This document shows, in pieces, positions 52,001 to 59,800 of a stretch of DNA of 64,000 bases. The stretch comes from Haliotis rufescens (taxonomy: Eukaryota). The notes below the pieces were generated by a model. The model worked only from the letters and a program-made list of their open reading frames with translations, was not told where the DNA came from and ran no database searches. Location of the stretch: NCBI RefSeq assembly GCF_023055435.1, contig NW_025963890.1:3720001-3784000 (forward strand). The letters run 5' to 3'. Both the position numbers and the translations under genes were made by a program. Position 1 is the stretch's first letter, and each line of letters begins with the position of its first letter.

Positions 52001-53734
52001 TAGAAGTGTTATAAACAGTATCAACCCACTTTTATCAGACCTTTGGACGCCACAACAGAAGTGTTATAAACAATGTCAACCCTCTTTTATCAGACATACT
52101 GAACGTCACAACAGAAGTGTTATAAAAAATATCAACCCACACTGATCAGCATTGACAACCATCAAACACATGCGCTGCTTCTTAATTATAATGTCAGTCA
52201 AATATCAACTAAACTGTCAGCACCATAATAGCACATAACTATATGCTACTGTGTTCAAACCCAACCATATTTGTCCAAAAAAACCATATGTACAAACTCA
52301 TGCCTCCACGATAATTTTCTATCTGATTACAGTCAAAACGACAGAAGTAATAAGTTCGCTCAAAGCCAAATTCCAAGCGTTCACACTCAAACACCGCAAC
52401 CAACAAGCCCTGGTGAACGTCAACGTTTACGTAATTAACATGCTTCTGAAAGTTCTTAATTCCTTCCCGCATTTTACACTTCTTTGAGTGGCATTTAGAA
52501 GTTGGAATGGTAACTAAAACAAAATTGTTATGGATGAGCAACTTCTTTATTACAATTGGGCGACGTTTCGGTGTAGATTCACGCATTTTACACGACAATA
52601 ATAATCTATCTACCCTTCCATTTGTGTGTCTATGATCATCTCATCAGGAAGCCATAACCAGGGTGGATCGTTACCATCTGGTGACACAGTCTGACGCCGT
52701 TATCACTGCCACTCTCAACATGAACAGTACATACCCTAGCTCTCAACAGTAACTCCATTACAGTGCTGCTAGGTGCAAATCTAATAAGATAAAGGCTGCC
52801 GTGATATTAGCCACAATATTGCTGTCTATGCTTTTAAACATACTTCTTGTTGTTTTTTGTTTAACGCCGCACTCAGCAATATTCCAGCTGTATGACGGCG
52901 GTCTGTAAATAATCCTAGTCTGGACCAGATGATCCAGTGATTGACATCATGAGCATTGATCCACACAATTGAGATACGATGACATCCATAAACCAAGTCT
53001 GCGAACATGACCACCCGATCCCGTTAGTCACCTCTTACGACAAGCACAGTCGCCACTAACGACAAGAATGGGTTGCTGGAGACCTATTCTATCCCGGATT
53101 TTCACAGGTCAGAATTCAAGATAAATAACTCAACTATCTAGCCATTGTAATACAGTAAGACATTTATTTAGCCTGATGACTTTTGCACTAACTGTACAAG
53201 CAATTATAAGGGAAACCACTACGACACCCTGACCCTGACTCACAATATCATTTGGGTCATACGACCGTTCTGTGTCCAGTCTTGTTGACAAAGAACCAAT
53301 ATATCACAAGTTCATATCACAGTACACTTTAAGATATTACTAGAAAATACTTTCATGACAAGTTTCATGACTTAACTTTTGTAATTTTTAAAATAAACCT
53401 GGTGAAAGTTTGAAAAGATAAAATGTTGACAGCATATCAAATGTACCTTCCTCCATGACAGCATTGGCTGATACCTGGGCTCCTATCACAGCGTAATCAG
53501 AAGAGCTATGTCTTGTGTCAAAAGCTATCTCTAAATGTTTGTGTGTGCTTTCGCTTTAAGATTAAAAGCAACACATCTCCAATTTAAAATTATTTCTGGC
53601 AGTTTGTAAGAGATTTGAATTTCAAAAACTTGGCATCAACCCAGGGATACAGTCCAAGATGGCTTCGTCAAACAACATGATCTGCTGCTAAATATTGGAA
53701 ACAAACAATTGTCAAACATTTATCTTATGTATGG

Positions 53735-53822
<88 letters not shown>

Positions 53823-56800
53823 GAATGCAGTGGTATATATTTTAAATTATGCTAACTCACATCATATTACCTTATATCAAATGCAGAAATTTAGACTGAA
53901 GTGAAATATGGTGCATGCCACATTGAAAAATATTTCAGACATATTACCCCATGTCTGCTTAATCTTTGAGGAAAGCCAAAAGTGATGCAGGTCTTAGATG
54001 TTAACATCTTTGTTGAAACCTACGAATATGTGTATTATGCTGACAAATCCAAGGATCATAACTAAATTGAATTAGGGTTTCAAACAAATGATCATAGGAT
54101 ACTGGTACATCTAAGGGACATAACTCTGCACATTGTAGCACCATAAATAACTAGGCTACCTATGCCCTCCAGATTCATGTGAAAACTTAAAGGAGGAATC
54201 TGCTTTATGATCTTGATCTCGTTGTCAAACTGAGACACTGTATGTATGTAATTAGGGAAATCATCCAGTCCTAGTGGGGTGGGGTACCCTAGTGGTCAAA
54301 GTGTTCACTCATCACGCCAAAGGCCCGGGTTAGATTCCCAAGATGGGTGGAATGTGTGAAGCCCATTACTGTTGTGCCCCGCCTGATATTGCTGGAATAT
54401 TGCTAAAAGCAAGGTAAAACCACTCACGTACACACTCAAAGTACTAGATTACTGTAAATTGTAAATATTAGTTCACAGCCAAACAGGTTGAGTTTAATGA
54501 TTGAATTAAATTTGCTGGGGGCCTGTAATAATCTGAAACAGAAAGTCATGTGTTTTGTTCCTGAAGGCAATGATCTTAGGGCCCCTGGGAATCCGAGGCA
54601 GACATCTGTAAACACATCTTCTTGCTGAAGTTACACAAAGTTACAAAGAATAAGGAAACAAGACGTGGTCCTTGTAGCCTCAGGCCTTCACTTTGAACTT
54701 CCGACATCATCAAATTTTCAATATTATCTATTGTACCGGGTACCTCAAACAGTTTTCTGATACTATCAGCAAAGAATAACATCCTACCCCTATCATCAAA
54801 CACAACAGCATGAACTAAGACAATGAATGAAGGTGAAACTCAAGATGGCCGCCAGCAGTGACCATTTACGTCTGCCAGAAACCTCATTTTAAGCATCAGC
54901 TTGAGGACACCGTCATCATAAGATTATTTTGACAAGTGTCATCACACGTTCCTGACTATCTGGTCTGATCAGGGCACTGATGGGGGCATTTCCTGAAGAT
55001 CAGTATCACTTTCGGTCACTTTCAACTCAAACAAGTGTTGAAGATTGGGATCTGCCCAGGGGCCTATGGACAGTCACTGTGATGTGGTATAAATATGTCC
55101 ATTAAAATAAAATGCAAATGAAAAGTAAAGGCAGTAGAGGTATAATAAAAATTATATGCTGCGAGAAATGAGATACATTTATTTTTAATTTAAGTTGCCC
55201 TGTTCAGCAGTTGCTAAGTTGGAAGTACTCCCCAATCTCATAAAATGTGTAAACTTCTTAGATGTAAAACACTTATGTAATTTTTGACACATATAAATAA
55301 CTCCTTCATAAATATTTAAACTTGAGAAATGATATTTGAGAATATTTTGACATCCAGCCATGTTCAAAACATATGGGAGATAAAAAACTCAGAAGTGGGA
55401 ATGCAGGAGTGTCACAGGTATATTTTAAAAAAATTATTTGGCAGTAATAAGAACTAGTGCAGCTCACATAACAATAAAAACAAATACATCAAAATGCATT
55501 GACAGTCTATGTTTACATCCCTTAAACAGTTGATTAAAAGTAACACCAAATAACCCGACCCCATCAAAACTCCTTTCCCCCCCCCCCCCCTTTATCTCCC
55601 CCCAACCCCTACCACCAGCTAAAGAACACCTCTTACAACAGGGTCAATGTACATCTAGTATGCATAACAAACAGTATTCACCAGTCTATTATGACCTCGA
55701 TCTACCCTCACCCCACATCCACCCGCCCCGCCCCGCCCCTCACGTACAAATCACCTCCCACAACAGGGGGCAATGTACACACAGTGTGTATATCAAACAG
55801 AATCATAACGACCCCTACAGGACCTCCAGGATTGCAGCATATGATAAAATGACCTCCACACCCCGGGGTTGGCGTCCCCTCGTGAGAACCGAGTATCTGT
55901 CCCGTGTCACAGACTTATGCCCTTCTTTACCTTACACTCACGCGGGACTATCTACAAACTTGTTTGTATGCATTTTTGACAAGTACGTGCTGGGGCCGAG
56001 AACAATGGCTGCTTGTAGTCCCATACCTATGTGTACTGTCAGAGAGCGATGAAACCAATCCTAGCAGGGCAAAGAGAAACATGGAACTGTGTTGACTGGA
56101 GTTAACCATGCACAAAACCTACCTGTGGGGACACAATAGACTATCATGTCTGGCTATGTGATACCACCTCGGACTGGGCTACCTAACGAGATTATGGTCC
56201 GTTATTGCCAATCCAGCCATAGAAATATGTTACACACATAACAGTATTACCCTGTGTACATAACTGTTGTGTTTTCTTCGTGGTTGGTCATAATCAAATA
56301 CTGAACCCAAACCGAAAACTGGTGCCAAGCCAGAAGGCTTCCAGACAGAAAACTGGTGCCAATCCTGTAGGCTTCCAGACAGAAAACTGGTGCCAATCCT
56401 GTAGGCTTCCAGACAGAAAACTGGTGCCAATCCTGTAGGCTTCCAGACAGAAAACTGGTGCCAATCCTGTAGGCTTCCAGACAGAAAACTGGTGCCAAGC
56501 CAGAAGGCTTCCAGACAGAAAACTGGTGCCAATCCTGTAGGCTTCCAGACAGAAAACTGGTGCCAATCCTGTAGGCTTCCAGACAGAAAACTGGTGCCAA
56601 TCCTGTAGGCTTCCAGACAGAAAACTGGTGCCAATCCTGTAGGCTTCCAAACAGAAAACTGGTGCCAATCCTATAGGCTTCCAGACAGAAAACTGGTGCC
56701 AATCCTGCAGGCTTCCAGACAGAAAACTGGTGCCAATCCTGTAGGCTTCCAGACAGAAAACTGGTGCCAATCCTGTAGGCTTCCAAACAGAAAACTGGTG

Positions 56801-59800
56801 CCAATCCTATAGGCTTCCAGATAGAAAACTGGTGCCAATCCTGCAGGCTTCCAGACAGAAAACTGGTGCCAATCCTGTAGGCTTCCAGACAGAAAACTGG
56901 TGCCAATCATCTAGGCTTCCAAACAGAAAACTGGTGCCAATCCTATAGGCTTCCAGACAGAAAACTGGTGCCAATCCTGTAGGCTTCCAGACAGAAAACT
57001 GGTGCCAATCATCTAGGCTTCCAGACAGAAAACTGGTGCCAATCATCTAGGCTTCCAAACAGAAAACTGGTGCCAATCCTATAGGCTTCCAGACAGAAAA
57101 CTGGTGCCAATCCTGCAGGCTTCCAGACAGAAAACTGGCACCAATCCTGCAGGTTTCCAAACAGAAAACTGGCACCCATCCTGTAGGCATCTAAACAGAA
57201 AACTGCTCCCGAGTTCCAACAAGAAAACTGCTACCAACTGGTTCCAACTCTGTGAGGTTCCAACCAGTAATTGTTATCATCGGTTCAAAGAGATGCTTGT
57301 CATTTATAAGATGGATCTGGTGGTTAGGCTTGCTGACTTGGTTTATTACAATCCTCATGACGTAAACCACTGGGTAGAATATAGCTAGAATATTGCTGAC
57401 TACAGTGTTACACAACATTCACATGATTAATTAAGTTTAGCGACTACAGGTACATCTACTTATAACATTCCCTCTGTTTTCTTTGTTACCCTTTTTCAGA
57501 AAATCCAATTTCAATCAGTCCAAAACATTATACAACTTTAAGGTACAAATAGAACGTGGATGTCTATAAAAAAACAATTGTTATTCACATAAAAAATCAC
57601 TCTCTACTAGGGGCCAAATGTACATTTTTCCTGACTTACTGTTTAATGTTTTTTTGTAAATCAGCAAAAAGCGAAAGTGAGAGAGATTAGCGGATTTGAC
57701 TTTGAACAGTATTCCAGTTATATCACAGCAGTTTTGCAGCACAAAGCGAGAGAGGTAGTAGTATGATGCCACAGCTGACTTTAGACATGGCTGCAACACC
57801 TGCTGCACACCGATCAATAGAGACCCATAGACTGTCTGCACCAAGCTGACTGCACTGACTGATGACACAGCATTCGTCTGCCCGGTGTCTCCGTTTCAGA
57901 AAGCTCTTGTGATGTCATCTACTACTTCAGGTTTCTGAATTTCATGTCATTACCTCTAGCGATCCTCAGACGGCTAGATTCAAATATATACTACTCAAAA
58001 AAAGTAAAGAACCACCCAATTTCATGCCACAACAGATTAACTATGGCAATATGAAAGAATTGGGAGGTCCTTCACTTCTTTTGAGTTGCATATATGACAA
58101 CATGAAGGCCAGTTTTTATAAAAACCTTTGTAACAAATATGTGGTTACAAATTTTATAACAATGTGTTTCTTCTCAAGGTAGCTTGAACACCAAGTTTAA
58201 TGACCTGTCATACCTGTCTCAGCTTGCAAACATTGCCCTAATTTCCAACCCAAATATCGCATTTCAATTTGTCACTCAAATAACTGTAACATTCCATAAT
58301 ACTTCAACAAATAATGTGATTGTGGACCTCTTGAACTGAAATAAAACCTACATTACATCCTCAATCACATCTTACACCTATTCCTTCAATAGTTTAAACT
58401 TATTCAACAATTTCTTTCAATCTGGTGTCCCAACAAGATTAATCTGTCAATCAGTCAGCATTTCATGGTGGAATATCATGATGAATATATGTCAGGCTTT
58501 TTGTGTTTCTTGGTGTTTTTTTTGTTTGAAAAATCCTGGCTGGTACTAGTGGTAGGTGAAATAAAAAGAAATCTTCTTACTATTTTACTCGGTTCCTCGG
58601 AACATTATGTGAATATGTTGCCATGCAAGCAGTGTTAGTTAAGTTGACACGTCAGTCTACAGATAAACCCTGTTACATACAGTTTTTGAAAATGGAACAT
58701 GTATATAAGTTTACATTCGACAGAATATTTGTATTTTTTCGTAATTTTAGGATCAGCAGGATGCATTAACCAATTTAAAAAAAAAGTCATATGGGCAAAG
58801 AAAAGGCAAGCACCTGCTGGGCTGACCTCATCTCCCGAGGTGATCCAGCTGTGTACACTGGGAGTGATCTCACCACCCACACACTCCACAGGCCACAAGC
58901 CTACAGGAGAGCATGCTAATGATTTGAATGTCACCAGTATTAATCCAAATAAATGTTAAACGGATTTTCTTACAAAATAAATACTGCCAAAGGTTATAAC
59001 AACAAGCAGCATGATTTTATTGACGGATGATATTCTCCAGGAGGGATATATAAACATGTATGTATCAATGTGATAATGATAAATATATACCACAACAATA
59101 TGACACAGACCTCGAACATGGAATATATCAAATATATCCCTGTATACCAGAAGATACATAGTCGTACATTTTCCATAGGTTTATGAACCTTGCTTTTAGA
59201 TATTGAAATCAGTAGCGAACCTGTGAAAGATTGAAATCAAATCTTTCCGACACAAGGCAAGATTGAAAAACAAGCCTTTTGCAGATAGGATGCACCATCA
59301 GAGGGCAACACATCATTTCTGGGAATCATCACTGAGATATCCAGTAGCCCAGATGAATCAACCAAACAAACCAAATACTATGTTTCAGGCTGTTTTTCTA
59401 GGTTGGATCGATTGAGTATGCACAGGTGTCTCAGAAAGCTCTCGTGATGTCATCTACTACTTCAGGTTTCTGAACTTCATATTATAACCTTTTGTGATCC
59501 TGACTAGATTCAAATATATACTACTCAAAAGAAGTTAAGGACCATCCGATTTCAAGCTACATGTATAACAGATTAACTTTAGTAATATGAATGAATTTGG
59601 TGGTCCTTCATTTCTTTTGAGTAGTATATACTATGACAACCATTACCTTTGTAATGAATATGTGGTAATCTATGGGTTAACGCCAGCTTCAGAAATATTT
59701 TAGCAATATCACAGTGGGAAACTCCAGAATTGGGCTTTACACATTGTACCCATGTGGTGAATCGAACTCGGGCCTTTGGCTTGATGAACAAATGCTTTAA

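Noticed and set aside
56230-57046. Overlapping repetitive ORFs up to 219 aa
   Set aside because: Frame-cycling translation of a 34-bp minisatellite.
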